Shown: positions 28,301 through 40,768 of the stretch, piece by piece
Layout: each line of letters starts with the position of its first letter
Position numbering within the stretch: position 1 is the first letter of the stretch
Assembly: GCA_024137785.1 (NCBI GenBank)
Contig: JAHRHZ010000002.1
Coordinates: 20,720,881-20,784,880 of the forward strand
Origin: Ginglymostoma cirratum
Lineage: Eukaryota
Length of the DNA: 64,000 nt
Reading direction: 5' to 3'
The notes under the pieces: generated by a model
What the model saw: the letters and a program-made list of their open reading frames with translations, nothing else
What the model was told of the DNA's origin: nothing
Databases searched by the model: none
Program-made: the position numbers and the translations under genes

Positions 28301-30103
28301 CTGAACTCCTTCGAAAGACGGAAAAGTGACCCAGTTCCAAATTTCACCTGGCACTTCCGACAGTGCTGCATACTCTCCGAACTACAATGGCAGTGTCAGC
28401 CTGGACGTGCGCTCGAGTCTCTGACGCGGGTCTTGAACTCAGTGACCTGATCGTGCGGTCCCTGAACTTGCTCGACCCGCAGAGGCGAGCTGTGAATATC
28501 AATGAAGCTACGACTACGCTGTATTCGTACAGTATTGAGGCAAGCGGGCTTGACGGCTCGGACTTTCAATCTACATTTCTTGCTGAGCTGATTCCAGCCA
28601 CCCCGGGATGGAGGTCTGTCAAGTTCACAGACACTGCTCTCAGGTTAAGGGAGGACAAAACTGCCACTCCTAATCTTCTCTCTGTTGGTACGACGAAAGG
28701 GCGGGTGGAATGGGTGCTAAAATTCCAAATTGCCCTCCCACTGGTTGTCAAAACAGAAGTTGCATGCACAGCTCTTAAAGGGAGGTCAAGCCACGTGAGA
28801 CTTCCCACAATTGAATACTTCACTTTCTGAGCTCTCTCCTAATGAGAATAGCCTCAAAGGCTGAATGGCCTTTCCTACATTCCTGTCAGAGAATGAACAA
28901 GTTGTCTGCTTGCAGTGATATCGACTGAGGAGTAAGTATTGGCCAACACACTGAGGAACTTTCCCCTGCTCTCCTTTGGGATGGCGTCCCACTGGAGATG
29001 GTAACCAGTGACCTTAGTTTGACATCTCACCTGCAAGAGGGCACTGCTAGGCCCTGTTATAGGAAGGATATTGTCGGGAATGGAGGGTGTGACTTGTAAA
29101 AATAGAAAGACTGGGTCTTTAATCCCTGCACCGTAGGAGGTTGAGGGATGACCTGATTGAGGCTTATTAAATCATGAGGGATCTAGATACGGTGCTTTTA
29201 TGCTTAAATTGGAGAGGTCTTAAGGATAAGGTCTTTTCCCTAGCTTGGGTGATTTCAAAACGAGAGGGCATAAATTTAAAGCGAGAGGAGAAAGCTTTAA
29301 AAAGGACACGAGGAACAACTTGTTCACACATAGTGGTTGTGTGGAAAGAACTTCCAGTCCCATTTTCCAGCCCTGGCTTAGTAAACGCACATCAAAATAC
29401 TTCTCAAACGTCGTGAGTCTGTCTTAATATCCCTGAACAGCTGAGCTGAAAGTATCTACGTGCTGGTTGAGATGAGATGGAGAGGGGGTTCGAGCGGAGG
29501 GGCAAAAAATAACGGTAGAGGCGAGAGTAACCGGTTTCTGAGATGTAAGACTCGCTTGTTGTATATTACTGGTTCAATGGCTACATGCTTTTCCTGGTGG
29601 TGGAAATATTGAATAAAAATTATTTGCACAACGGTGTCTTTACTGAGTCACTGCACAGGTACACACTAAACACGGGTGTTGTGGTTTGTCGTGGTGAGTA
29701 CAAAGCACTACTGCAGTATAGTGGTAGCGTGACCGAATACCAACAAAAAAAAATACAGGAGATTCAGGAGGTCTCCTCATTCTGGGGCCCATCTCTGAGC
29801 TGGCTGGTCAGAGCCCACGTACGGTGCACGTATAAATAAAGGGTGACTCGGTGATGGTTTACTGGCTTCTGTGCAGTTATTTCAGTTTGGTTAAAAAGAA
29901 AGAGATTAAAAAGAAACAAGAAAAGAATAAACAGGAGATTCAGAATGTCTCCTCATTCTGGCTTTGAGCTGGTTGTTCAGAGCCCGTGTCCTGTGCAAAA
30001 GAGGAAAACATAAAACTCTGTGATTCTGGAGCAGGGTCTCGCTCCTCGCTCCCCCCACACACCACCCCACGGGGTGGGACTGGGAATGGGATGGGGGCTG
30101 GTG

Positions 30104-30705
30104 TCAGTAGATAAACATCACATCGTAAGTGACTTGGAATCCATTATCCCAAGCGTAGAGAAGCTTGTCGTTGGGGTTATAGTCTATCTGGGTGAGGTAA
30201 GAGTATTTGCTGTGGATTCTCAGCCCTGGGTCTGACTCGGAGCCGGTGTGGGTGTCGAAGGCATAGCTGACAGTGCCCTCCCTCTGGCCCTGCAGCCCCA
30301 CCGCGTACAGGACGCCGCAGATCAGGAAGTAGTTGCGATAAAAGGCGCGCCGCAGCTGAGTCTTCCAAGTGGTTTCCTTCCTGGCGGTCAGGTCGACGGG
30401 GTCCAGGCGGCTGAGCACCAGCACCTCTTCGGGGAGATAGTCAAAGTCGCTGGAGAAGTAGGCCACCCAGAGGCCACCCTCGTCCACCGTGAAGTCCACC
30501 TCGGAGTAGCCCTTCCAGCCAAAGGTGCCGCCGGAGCCGCTGCCCAGCTCGTCCAGGGCCGTCCAGCTCGCTACCGCCCTCAGCCGCAGGTCATAGCGGA
30601 TCAGGTTCCGCGTGTACGCCTTGTTGTAGTAGAAGGAGCCGTTATAGACGGCGTGCCCGGTCCCCATCCAGCTCGACGGCAGCTTGTACGTGTTACTCCA
30701 GCGGC
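30104..30705 (-). CDS. Olfactomedin-like 2 family protein, terminal exon (most of the OLF beta-propeller)
   Basis: Acceptor ttcctccgcag|. Encodes GRWSNTYKLPSSWMGTGHAVYNGSFYYNKAY...EVDFTVDEGGLW...RKETTWKT...FLICGVLY...YAFDTHT...QIDYNPNDKLLYAWDNGFQVTY, collinear with OLFML2A/2B. GC/CpG-rich. Confidence 0.95.
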
Positions 30706-30803
30706 CTGCGGAGGAAACAAGGGGCACCTGGAGGTCAGAGATAACAAGCATGGGGCTGGATGAACACAGCAGGCCAAGCAGCATCATAGGAGCAGGAAAG
30801 CTT

Positions 30804-30831
30804 GACGTTTCGGGCCTAGACCCTTCATCAG
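30804..30831 (-). ncRNA. Minimal hammerhead ribozyme motif in the last intron of the OLFML2-like gene
   Basis: Reverse complement reads CTGATGAAGGGTCTAGGCCCGAAACGTC, within a PLE-derived element at 30737-30865. Confidence 0.72.
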
Positions 30832-31429
30832 AAACTCCCCCATTTCTGATGAAGGGTCTAGGCGTCCAACATCATTTCTACAGCGCCTTTCAGCACCTCG
30901 AGACTCCCCAAAGCAACTTGCAGCCTGTAAACGTGCTCCTGAACTTCGTGAATATTTTCAATTTGTACGGGCGCCCCCCCCCCCCCCCCAAGTTCCCACA
31001 ACCAGAAAATATGATGTTTTGCTTCACTGTCATGTTTTAGTTGGTCCAGGTGCATCAGAGATAACTCTCATCCACCCTCGTTAAGTAATGACAAAAAGGA
31101 TCATTTTTAGGTCTCGCATGGGCAAGCATACAGGATACTGGAGAGACCTCAGCAGATTTCCCCATCAAGTCTGCACCGACCCTCCAAAGAGCATCCCACT
31201 CCCAACCAGCCCACTCTGGGAGAGGGGTGAGGGTGAGAGGGGTAAGAGTGAGGATGGGGAGGGGGAAGGGCAAGTGTTCAGAATCAGGTCAATACCAGTC
31301 TACAAAACAGGGGACTGTCGAGGCAGGGTCATTAAGTACATTGGAGGCTGTGACAGATTTTCTTGAATCAGTAAGGGAATCATGGGTTATGGGGAAAAGG
31401 CAGGATGTGAGTATCATCAGATCAGCTTG

Positions 31430-31905
31430 AAAGCATACTGTCTAGGTGTGTATGGCAACTGCTTTGCCCAGGACCTTAAGAAACTACAGAAGGTGGTGTG
31501 CACAGCCCAGACCATCATGGAAGTCAGCCTTCCACCCACAGACTCCATTTACACGGCTTCCTGCTGCGGAAAGGCCTCCAACATCATCAAAGACCCATCA
31601 CACCCCGGTAATGATCTCCTACGACCTCTTCCATCAGGCAGAAGATAGAGAAGCCTGAACACATGCCCGAGCAGGTTCAGGAACAGCTTCTTCCCGGCCA
31701 TTATCACACTCAAGAATGGATGCTCTAGCATCAAATAACTGCTGTTGCTAACGTTGACCTTGCCTAGAGCACACCCTGTAAGATATAACCTGCATGTCTC
31801 TAAGTTTTGTTGATCTGTATATCATTTGTTTACTATGATCTGCCTGTACCACTCCTAAACAAAGCTTTTCACTGTATTTCGGTACACGTGACAATAAAAT
31901 CAATC
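31430..31905 (+). mobile_element. 3' end of a Rex1/Babar-like LINE
   Basis: KKLQKVVCTAQTIM..LP..DSIY...KASNIIKDPSHPG..L...LPSGRR motif; tail cacgtgacaataaa-atcaatc. Minus-strand copies at ~37965-38290 and 63180-63570. Confidence 0.72.
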
Positions 31906-33133
31906 CATCTTCAATGAAATGATTTCATTGAATAGCAGAGTAGACTCAATGGGCTGAATCATCCGCTTCGACTCCTACATCTTATGGTCTTGCAAAGCCG
32001 ATTAGACTTGGCAGGCAGGAGAGGTGCTTTGGGAAATGAAGGCAACAAGGAACATTTCAACTGCAGCCTTTGAAATGTTTCATTCACTGCTAATGGACAG
32101 ATACTGATGCCGACAAGTTAAACGGTTTGAACCCATAGCCTCTAATCCTGCGTGGAATCCCACTGTGCTTTAGTCACTTGCAAGGCATAGATCCGCCTAA
32201 GTATTATTGGAGTGAACCACAGATTGAAAGCGGATTTGTGCCTCACAATATTAACTGTGACTAGCAGTTAAAGTAAACATAGTCTGTGGGCTCCATTCCA
32301 TCAAGACTTCACCAGGAATTTCACTGGAAACTTGGACACTCTTGTCTCTTGGGTTCAAGGCCCAATGCAGATTCGAGCACAAGAGACAGGCCCATATTGC
32401 CTTTACTGAGGGAGCTGTCCTCTAAAAAAACTGAGTGGTTTTTGTCTGCAATCCGCTCCCTGAAAGCGAAAGCAGCAGCATGTTCAACAGTAACAGGCAT
32501 CTGGATGGTTACATGAATAAGGAGGGAATGGAGGGATATGGACCGAATAAGGGTGGAAGGTTTGTGTTTTACTTTAGTCAGGACGTGATAGTCGGCACAG
32601 GCCAGGAGGGCCAAAGGGCCTGTTCCTGTGTTCTACTTCTGTTTTGTTCTTTTGTTGTAACTGATATAAAGGGTTTGGAAGAATCTTTGAAGGGATATTT
32701 GGAGTGCCGCAGGTAAAGTGTGGGGAATGCAACTGAATGAGAATGAAGCATTACCCTCTAAAATACCATGTTGATTCCCTTTATCCTTGTTTAACAAGAA
32801 CAGATAACAAAGTTATTTCTGTTGTCAAGGGAACACGAGGCAGGTCTGTGCAATCCACCTCATTATTTAAGCCACAGCAAACATTGTAAACCTCCTCAGG
32901 ACAGCCTTCACTATTAAAGTTAGGGTTCATCGTGGAAACAGTTGTGAATTTTTTTATTCTCTGATGGTTTGTGTTTCACTGACAAAGCCATCTGTAATTA
33001 CCCTTGAACTGAGTGGCTTGCTGGCCACTTAAGAGTCAAATACATTGGGTTATGGATTTTGATGCTGATAAGACAGGCCAGGGCCAAGGGTCTGAAAGGC
33101 CAGCTCCCGACTTTGTTATTTAGGAAAGCTTAC

Positions 33134-33319
33134 CCATTTTGAAATGCTCCAGGTTGCGGAACTCAATCAAGGTGGTGCCGAAGAAATAGTTGGCCACGTA
33201 GACCCGGTCCTGATTGATCACAGAGTCCTTCATCCAGACGCCTTCCCCACGCCCAGAGCTGCCGTGTGTTTCCGGGCCCCTGATCATCACGGGGGTTCCA
33301 TCACAGCCGTCTTCTCGAA
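33134..33319 (-). CDS. OLFML2-like coding exon 6 (start of OLF domain)
   Basis: ggtttag|...atgg|gtaagc. Encodes REDGCDGT...HGSSGRGEGVWMKDS...RVYVANYFFGTTLIEFRNLEHFKM, compare OLFML2 GRxEGAWMKD/YVTNYYYGN/EFRNLENFKQG. Confidence 0.92.
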
Positions 33320-34404
33320 CTAAACCGGACAGAGGCAGACTTTGTAATGGTTCGTTAACTTTACTTTCAGGAAAAAGGAATTCAGCAAAGACAAACCAGA
33401 CACAGTCGAGATGATGAGTTCCCATTCCCAAGAGACTGGAGTCACTTTGTTGATTTTCAGTGAACATTTCAGCCTCACCCTCTCAGTCTCTGCATTAGTT
33501 CATCTAACACTGAAAACAGCATACTGTGTAAATACCATACTCCCGCTAACCAGCACAGCACAAACCTGCTGTCGACACCACACTCTCATTAACCAGCACA
33601 GCACCTAAACCACTGGAAACATAACAGTCCCATTAACTAGTGCAGCACCAAACCTGCTGTAAATGCAACACTTTCACTAAGCATCATCCTCCTAAAGACT
33701 GATGTCCTCAGAAAATTACAATAACTAGCCTATCACTTCTAAATGCTACTTTCCATCCTGCTTCTTTCAGGACACATGAGCACAATTTACAAAATAGTAT
33801 CACGACTGTAACCTCTGTACAAAAATAGCCACGATGAACAGCAACTCCTCACTGCCAGAACCAAATCTGGTGCTGATTGGATTTAGACCAGTCATCACGC
33901 TGCCCTCGCTCAAGGCATCAATGAGACTGCCCAAGCAAATACTCCCTCTGTGTGCAGTGCCTGCACCATGTGATTAGTCACTCACTGGGTACAGTGGGCA
34001 GTCCCTACACCAGGTGATTGGTCACTCATTGGATACAGTGGGCAGTCCCTACACCAGTGCTTCCCAATGTATAGGCCGTGCTGTTCCCCACCCCACAGTA
34101 GCGTTATGAGAAAGGATTTTGGGGTAACAAGCTCTGAGGCAGCAAGGGCTGGACATGGCCTAAAACACCAATCATTGAGGCCCAACTTTGGCTTCAAATA
34201 AGGGTCCGGTCTTAAAAGAATGCTGAGGCTCTAAAATTGTTCCTACCCTCTCCACCTCTACTCTCAGAGTTCTCACCAAGAGTCATGGAAGTTCGAAGCT
34301 TCAAAATGGACTGGTGATGGGGAGAAGCTGGTGGAGCAAAGGCCTACACCATGGAAGCCTAGTTTCAATCGGCACCTCCCAGAGACTCTGGGGGGAGAGT
34401 GATC

Positions 34405-34950
34405 ATAGAGTTTTAGAGTCATAGAGTCATACAGCATATAAACAGACACTCTGGTCTAACTTGTCCGTGCCGACCACGTTTCCCAAACTAAACTAGTCCC
34501 ATTTAGTTGTGTTTGGCCCATATCCCTCCAAACCTTTCCTACTCAAGTACCTGTCCAAATGTCTTTTAAATATTGGAACTGTACCTACATTTACCATTCC
34601 TCCAGTTCATTCGAAATATGCATCACCCTCTGTGTGAAAACATTGCTCCTCAGGTCCCTTTTAAATCTTTCTCCGCTCACCTGAAAATCATGCCCTCTTG
34701 TTTTGAACTCCCCTACCCTAGGGAAGAGACCTTTGCTATTCATGTTATCCATGCTCCTCATGACTCATGATTTTATAAACCTCAACCTCCTACGCTCCAG
34801 TGAAAAAAGTCCCAGCCTACCTAACCTCTCCCTACAACTCAAACCCTCCAGTCCCAGCAACATCCTTGTAAATCTTTTCGGAACTCTTTCCAATTTAACA
34901 ATATCCTAACTATAGCAGGGCACCCAGAATTGTACACAGTACTCAAAAGT
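34405..34950 (-). mobile_element. CR1 LINE 3' fragment
   Basis: Homologous to 54998-55520; tail (ctatgact)n. Further CR1 3' fragments at ~26450-26870, 29050-29350, 59760-60120 and 60920-61285. Confidence 0.8.
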
Positions 34951-35020
34951 ATAATTGCTCAGTGTTTGGAAGTATGCTAAGCTTTTGTGAATCTTCTGAA
35001 AGCATCAATCCTGAACTTAC

Positions 35021-35222
35021 TCATGTTTCTGTTCTCGTCTGAAGTTCGTTCCTTTGCTGTCTTAGGAGGGAGTATTGAAGGCTGAGCAATGGATATGTGC
35101 AGCCTGGTCCTGGGCTTTGGATTGGAAGGGGCCTGAGGCCTGAGCTGGCCATTTGTGCTGTTGACCCATGACGTGCTGTTATTCAGGGGCGATGGCTTGC
35201 TTGGGGTCAGCCTGGCCACATT
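35021..35222 (-). CDS. OLFML2-like coding exon 5 (Ser/Pro/Thr-rich linker)
   Basis: ttgttacag|...atga|gtaagt. Open frame NVARLTPSKPSPLNNSTSW...ENRNM; phase 0 in, phase 1 out, fitting neighbours. Confidence 0.8.
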
Positions 35223-35937
35223 CTGTAACAAAACAGCAGTTAGGCCTTAAAGCACAGAGACTTAATGAATGATTTACCCAGAGGTATTCAGAATCAAGAG
35301 GGGCTTTGACAGAGCAAAGAGACTGCTCCTACGATCTGCAGAACCACAACACTTCCAGGGACACCGACAAAACCCGAGGAGGAGAAATTTCTCTCAATGT
35401 TCCAGGCAATTTTATTAACATTCACTTGTGAAAAATGTAGTGGGGCCAATGGGAGGGAAGATTTTCCCTCAGGATGCTTGACAGCATCTTGGACAAAGCA
35501 GCCCATTTGGTTAGTATCCCATAACACTGTCAACATTTACTCCCTCTGCCAGTGATGTATAGTTGCAGTAGTGTGCGCTATATGCAAGATGCACTGTGAC
35601 AAGTTCATCAGGGCTTACAAAAACATCTTCCAAATCTGCCACATTCATCACCAAGACAATCAAGGGAACTATACAGATGGGAAAAATCCATTAGAGCCAT
35701 AACTGCACAGAAAGAGGTCATCAGGTCCATGCCAGGTCTCTGTAGAGCAAACCCATCAGTTCCATTCCCTGTAGCTCTGCAATTTTATTCCGTTCAAATA
35801 CCCATCCACCTTCATCTTCAAACTATTCACTGATTCCACTTCAACCACTCTCATAGGCAATAAGTTCATGGTAATCAGCACTGTGTAAAGATGCTGCCCC
35901 TCCATCTCCTCCCTGAAATCTTAATTCTCTATCACCT

Positions 35938-36316
35938 AGATCATAGAATCTCTACAGTGCAGAAACAGGCCAATTGGCCCATCGAGTCTGTACTGACCCT
36001 CCGAAGGGCATCCCACCCAGACCAAGCCCCTCCCACCCTAGTTCCATAACTCACTTAGCCTGCATATCCCTAGACAATATGGGGCAAATTAGCTCGGCCA
36101 ATCCACCTAACCTGCACATCCTTGGATGCTGTGGGGCAATTTAGCACAGCCAGTCTACAACCTGCACATTTTTGGACTGTGGAAGGAAACCAGAGCACCT
36201 GGAAAAAACCACACAGACATGTGGAGAATGTGTGTACTCCACACAAAGAGTCACCCAAGGCTGGAATCAAACCCGGGTCCCTGGCACTGTGCTAACCACT
36301 GGACCACTGTGCCACC
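35938..36316 (-). mobile_element. HE1-like SINE with internal ~55-bp duplication
   Basis: Same family. Another partial copy at 61975-62170. Confidence 0.8.
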
Positions 36317-36714
36317 CCAAATCCTGTACAATCAACAAATGGGAACAGCTTTTCTTTGTCTGGAAGTTCCCTTTAGGTCATTCACCTTCCTGACCCAGAA
36401 ACGATATTGCTGTTCCTTCACTGTCCCTGGGTCAACATCCCTCCCTAACAGCACTGTCTGGGTGCCCCTACACCCCAAGGCTGCAGTGGTTCAAGAAAGC
36501 TGCCAACACCAGTTTTACCAGGGAAATGATGGATGAAGTGCATCGTCATCACAAGCTGCGGAGACAAGAGTATCGGATCTGCACAGTGCGATTCCATGAT
36601 TTAAATGTTGTCGTGCGATAGGTGAGAGGAACGATGGCTCCCCACCAGCCCTGGTCTGACCACCCACCCCAGAAGAAGTTTGACCTTCGATCTCAGCCCA
36701 GTGATCCCCGGTAC

Positions 36715-36897
36715 CTTTGTTCTTTCATCGAGTGGGAGGAGCTGCTGCTTCCGCAGTAGGAAGTTGAGTTTGCTGATCTCCTTCCTGACGTCCCTCATTG
36801 CGATGGAGAAGTTCTGGTAGATGGAACGATGCTGAACCAGCCTCTCGAAAGTCTCTCTGAGGAGGGCGTTGACACTGGGAACATTACGTTCCAGCCT
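36715..36897 (-). CDS. OLFML2-like coding exon 4 (coiled coil)
   Basis: aatcag|...aag|gtaccg. 61 codons RLERNVPSVNALLRETFERLVQHRSIYQNFSIAMRDVRKEISKLNFLLRKQ..., heptad-like. Confidence 0.82.
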
Positions 36898-37428
36898 CTG
36901 ATTACGAACAAACGCTCATATGAGGGCAAAACATCCGTTTCCATTTAATAAGCAGCACAATATTTGAGAATATTAGACCTGGATAAGTTGCCTGTTTCTT
37001 TCACCCACCCAAGCTATCACATGGGAACATAGAATTTTACAGCCCGGAAACAGACAGAAGAACTAGGAGAAAGAGTACACCACTCAGCCCCTCAAAACTG
37101 TTCCACCATTCGATATAATCATGGCTGATCTAATCTCTTGTAAAATTACGACTTGTTCTCTGAGGGAAGGAAACCTGCAGACCTTACTTGGTCTAGGTAC
37201 ATATGTGACTCCAGCCCCAAAGCTACAATGTGATCGTGGTCTTTACCAGCTTTTGAAGTAGCCGATAAGTCACCAGGCCCAGTTTCTCGTCACTGTCCCT
37301 CGGTCAAAACCGAGAAAACCGTGAAACGCCCATCTCAACAGCAAGGTGGGTGAACCTCCGCTCCAGGGCCTGCAGTGGTTCAAGAAGGTTACTCAATATC
37401 ACCTTCTCTGGGGATGAATGTCCTGTAC

Positions 37429-37536
37429 CTTCTCCAGTTTCCTCAGTTGGCTGTTGAGTTTGGCTGAGTAGGAGTTTAGTCTCTTGGTCTCCTCATTGTC
37501 AAAGATCTCCTGGAGGTCACTAGCCAGTGACTGGAT
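37429..37536 (-). CDS. OLFML2-like coding exon 3 (coiled coil)
   Basis: ccctacag|...aag|gtacag. 36 codons IQSLASDLQEIFDNEETKRLNSYSAKLNSQLRKLEK, resembling the OLFML2A LQSMVDLLEG...QMNTLEE segment. Confidence 0.85.
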
Positions 37537-39482
37537 CTGTAGGGAACAAGACATGAGGATCAGACAACCCCTCAACCTATACTCACAGTAATGGGTTAAA
37601 GGTCACTCTTTCTAATGAGAACAATGTTATTGTAGGAGATCGGGTAAGCAAGGAGGAAGCAAACATCACGCCATACAAGTGCAAGGCTATGATTGTCTCC
37701 CAACAAGTGAGATGTGAATCATCTCCCCTTAATACTCAATGGTACTCCCACCACTGAATCCCTCACTATCAACATCCTGGAGGCTAACGTTGATTACAAA
37801 CTAAATTGCACCAACCATATAAATACAATGGTTTTGAGACAGGTCAGAGGCTAGGAATCGTACACAGTGCAACTCATCTCCTGATTCCCCAAAGCATCTC
37901 CGCCACATACTAGCCACAAGTAAGCAGTGTAATGGATGAGTTCAAGTCAACAATACACAAGAATATTAATTGATTGATTGACTAATTGTTGTCATATGTA
38001 CTGTGATACAATGAAAAATGTTGTATTACGGGATATACAGGTAGATCATATGATACAAAGTGCACCAGGGTAGCAAAACAGAGTGCAAAATACAGAGTTA
38101 CAGCCACAGAGAATGTGCAGAGAGAGAGAGAGATCGACATAAACATTTGAGAGGTTCATTCAAAAGTCCGATAACAGCGGGGAAGAAGCAGTTCATGAAT
38201 CTATTTGTACATGTATTCAAAATCTTATATCTTCTGCCTGATAGAAGAGTGTATAACTGGGGTGGGAGGGGTCTTTGATTATGTTGATTTTGAACATTCA
38301 AAAGAACTAGGAACAGGAGTTGGTCATTCAGTCTTTCAAGCCCATTCCACCATTCAATGTGATAATGGCAAATCTCATCTCAGCTTCAACTTCACTTTTC
38401 TGCCAGCTCCCATAGTCCTTTAACCCATGACTGATTAAAAATCTGTCTATCTCCTCCTAAGTTTAATCAGTGTCTTGGCATCCACTGCACTCTGGAAAAG
38501 TGAATTCACAGATTTATGATCGTTTGAGAGAACTAATTCCTCCTCATCTCGGTTTAAATCTGCCTCCTAGCCTAAAACATTGCCCCACATGATGAAATGT
38601 TCGCTAACTTAAGAAGCTTGACACCATCCAGGACAATGCAGCCCGTTTGAGTGGCATATCACCCACCAGTTTCAACATTAGGTCCCTCCATCACTGACTG
38701 TCAGTGGCAGTTGTGTGTATCAACTACAAGATGCACTGTAGCCAATCACAAAAGTTCATTCAACACCAACTTCCAAACACAAGGATGAGGGTAGCAGATA
38801 CATGGAAACACCAACAGCTGCCAGTTCCGCTCCATGCCATATACCACACTCTATTGAAAATATATTGCCATTCCCTCAATGTCACTGGGTCAAAATCCTA
38901 ACAGCAGTGTGGGTCTACCTACACTCTCAGGCCTGCAGTCATTCAAGAAGAAAACTCATTGTCACCTTTTCAATGATTTTAAGGATGGACAACACATATT
39001 GGACTAGCCAATGATGCCTACGTACCATGACGGCATTTTGTAAATATGCACGAAAGCTGAAGATACAGAAAGAAACATGAGGGGAATGAACAATAAAGGG
39101 AATGCAGGATAGAGGTAATGAGGGAAGAACAGATACAACACTATCCACACATTCACTACAGTTAACCTTCACTGAGTTCTTGCAGTATTCCTGTTCTTCT
39201 TCCCTCTCTCACCTTCACTGAATTTTGCTAATATTCGAGATCTGTTTACACCTGAAATTTTTTCTCTTTGCAAACTGATTGATCTGCTGTTTTTCACCAT
39301 GTTATTTGTCCCAGTTGACCTTGTGGTGTACAAGCATCATCAGACGATGAGTCTTTCTATGGGCTTGGGACACAGATGGTTATTGCTGTTCCTCTCTCTC
39401 TCTCTCTCTCTCTGTTTTAATTACAGCAGCTGGCAACAGAAGGCAGAACCAAAGACTATGCCGGCCAGGGTCTGAAACTTAC

Positions 39483-39716
39483 AGTTGTCAAATCTGAGAC
39501 TTCTATCTTTGCCCTCGCCTCTCCGCGCTCATTCTTGTCCTCACATGGGTTGACTCCGCAATAACACTTGCACTTTGACCCAAAGTTTGCCATCTCCTGT
39601 GGGTGAAAGCCCGGGGCCCAGGTCTTGCCACCTCTCCACCTTGTCTCCACTGGGGTGGGCATTTTGAAGGCACAGTTGCAGTCAGTTTCTTCCATCCACC
39701 TTGACGCAGCCTTGTT
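39483..39716 (-). CDS. OLFML2-like coding exon 2 (Cys-rich N-terminal region)
   Basis: ctatcag|...act|gtaagt. 78 codons with DCNC...KCKCYC..NPCE, the OLFML2 cysteine signature. Confidence 0.88.
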
Positions 39717-40127
39717 CTGATAGATTTAATAAACACATATAATTACACAGAATTTGTAACACAGAAATAGGCCATTTGGCCCAATTGGTCTAAGCCAATA
39801 TCTATCTTCCCAGAAGACTCCTGCCACTCATCAGCACATCTTTCCATCCCTTAAAGTCTTGATGGTTAACGGATGGACAAATCTATGGGTTTGACTTAAC
39901 TGTTTCTTTTTTAGTTCCTGTTCTGTGGATTGTTAAGCATTTTCCATGAATACTCATATAACTAAGAGGTTAGATTTTCTCTGCTTTACATAACTAATGT
40001 TAGTGTCTCAGCAAACATTCCTGGTCTGGAAATTTCCCTAAACTTAATCCTTTACTCTAAGGTAACTTGTTGTCTTAATGGCTGTGAACAAACTCCTTTT
40101 AAGGACAGAATACTTGCATCTGACTTC

Positions 40128-40768
40128 TGTGATGATGCTGTCACTCAGAAAGGTTATTTTGTCCTGGGTTTTTTTTGAAGAGAGGTTGTAAAGGCAAAGG
40201 TGAAAAACTGGATACTGGAGCCGGCCTAAGTAACCAAGTTAGGAGGTCTTTAAAGTTTTTTTAACAAGTTGGAACAATGGGAGCAGCTTGAATGGGAGTG
40301 GCCAGTTCTCACAGAACAGGCTTTCTAGTTTTTTTTTTAGCTTTAGCAGTCAGAAGCGGTTAGGGGCCCGAAAAAGTAGGAAACTTCAGTAAATGATTCC
40401 GAGCTGCTGCTTTCTCCGAAATCTCTCTTGACATTTTTTTCTCTTAGATAGGAGAACTGCAGTGTAAGAATCAGTGTCTGAATTTACCTTTTTTCCAAGG
40501 GGTCCATTTATGGGATGTTACATTATTGGAACAGTTAATTAGTAATAGGTAATGCATATATTATTCGTTTAAGTTTTCCAATAATTAAGCTTTTCTAAAT
40601 TCCTCTTTCTTTTGTTTGCATTTTAACCATAGTGTTTAAATAAATTGTGTTTCACTTAATGTCAACATCTGGAACACGCACTTCACATCTACCTTTAAAA
40701 TAATCAAAAGTAAGGATCAAGGCTACTTTTTTAAACTATTTTGAGGGGGTCTGGTCTGGTCCATAACA
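40128..40768 (+). mobile_element. Solo LTR (641 bp)
   Basis: TGTGATG...CATAACA imperfect inverted termini, 4-bp target duplication cttc (40124-40127 and 40769-40772), internal AATAAA near 40639. Confidence 0.72.

Noticed and set aside
28363-28830. 155-aa ORF in a CpG-elevated region
   Set aside because: Non-ATG start, no recognisable domain, and made largely of SINE-like fragments.
29686-29990. Short LTR-like segment with a partial duplication (29772-29817 vs 29948-29985)
   Set aside because: Termini and target duplication could not be established; likely an ordinary repeat fragment.
30248-30763. 171-aa plus-strand ORF
   Set aside because: Antisense shadow of the GC-rich olfactomedin exon.
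30706-30787. N-terminal MMLLGLLCSSSPMLVISD of the 227-aa ORF resembling a signal peptide
   Set aside because: Intronic PLE-derived repeat; the same peptide recurs at 12.3, 23.9, 49.4 and 54.2 kb. The true exon starts at 30705.
33500-34060. Short ~40-bp degenerate tandem repeats
   Set aside because: Intronic minisatellites with no unique spacers or cas genes; not CRISPR.
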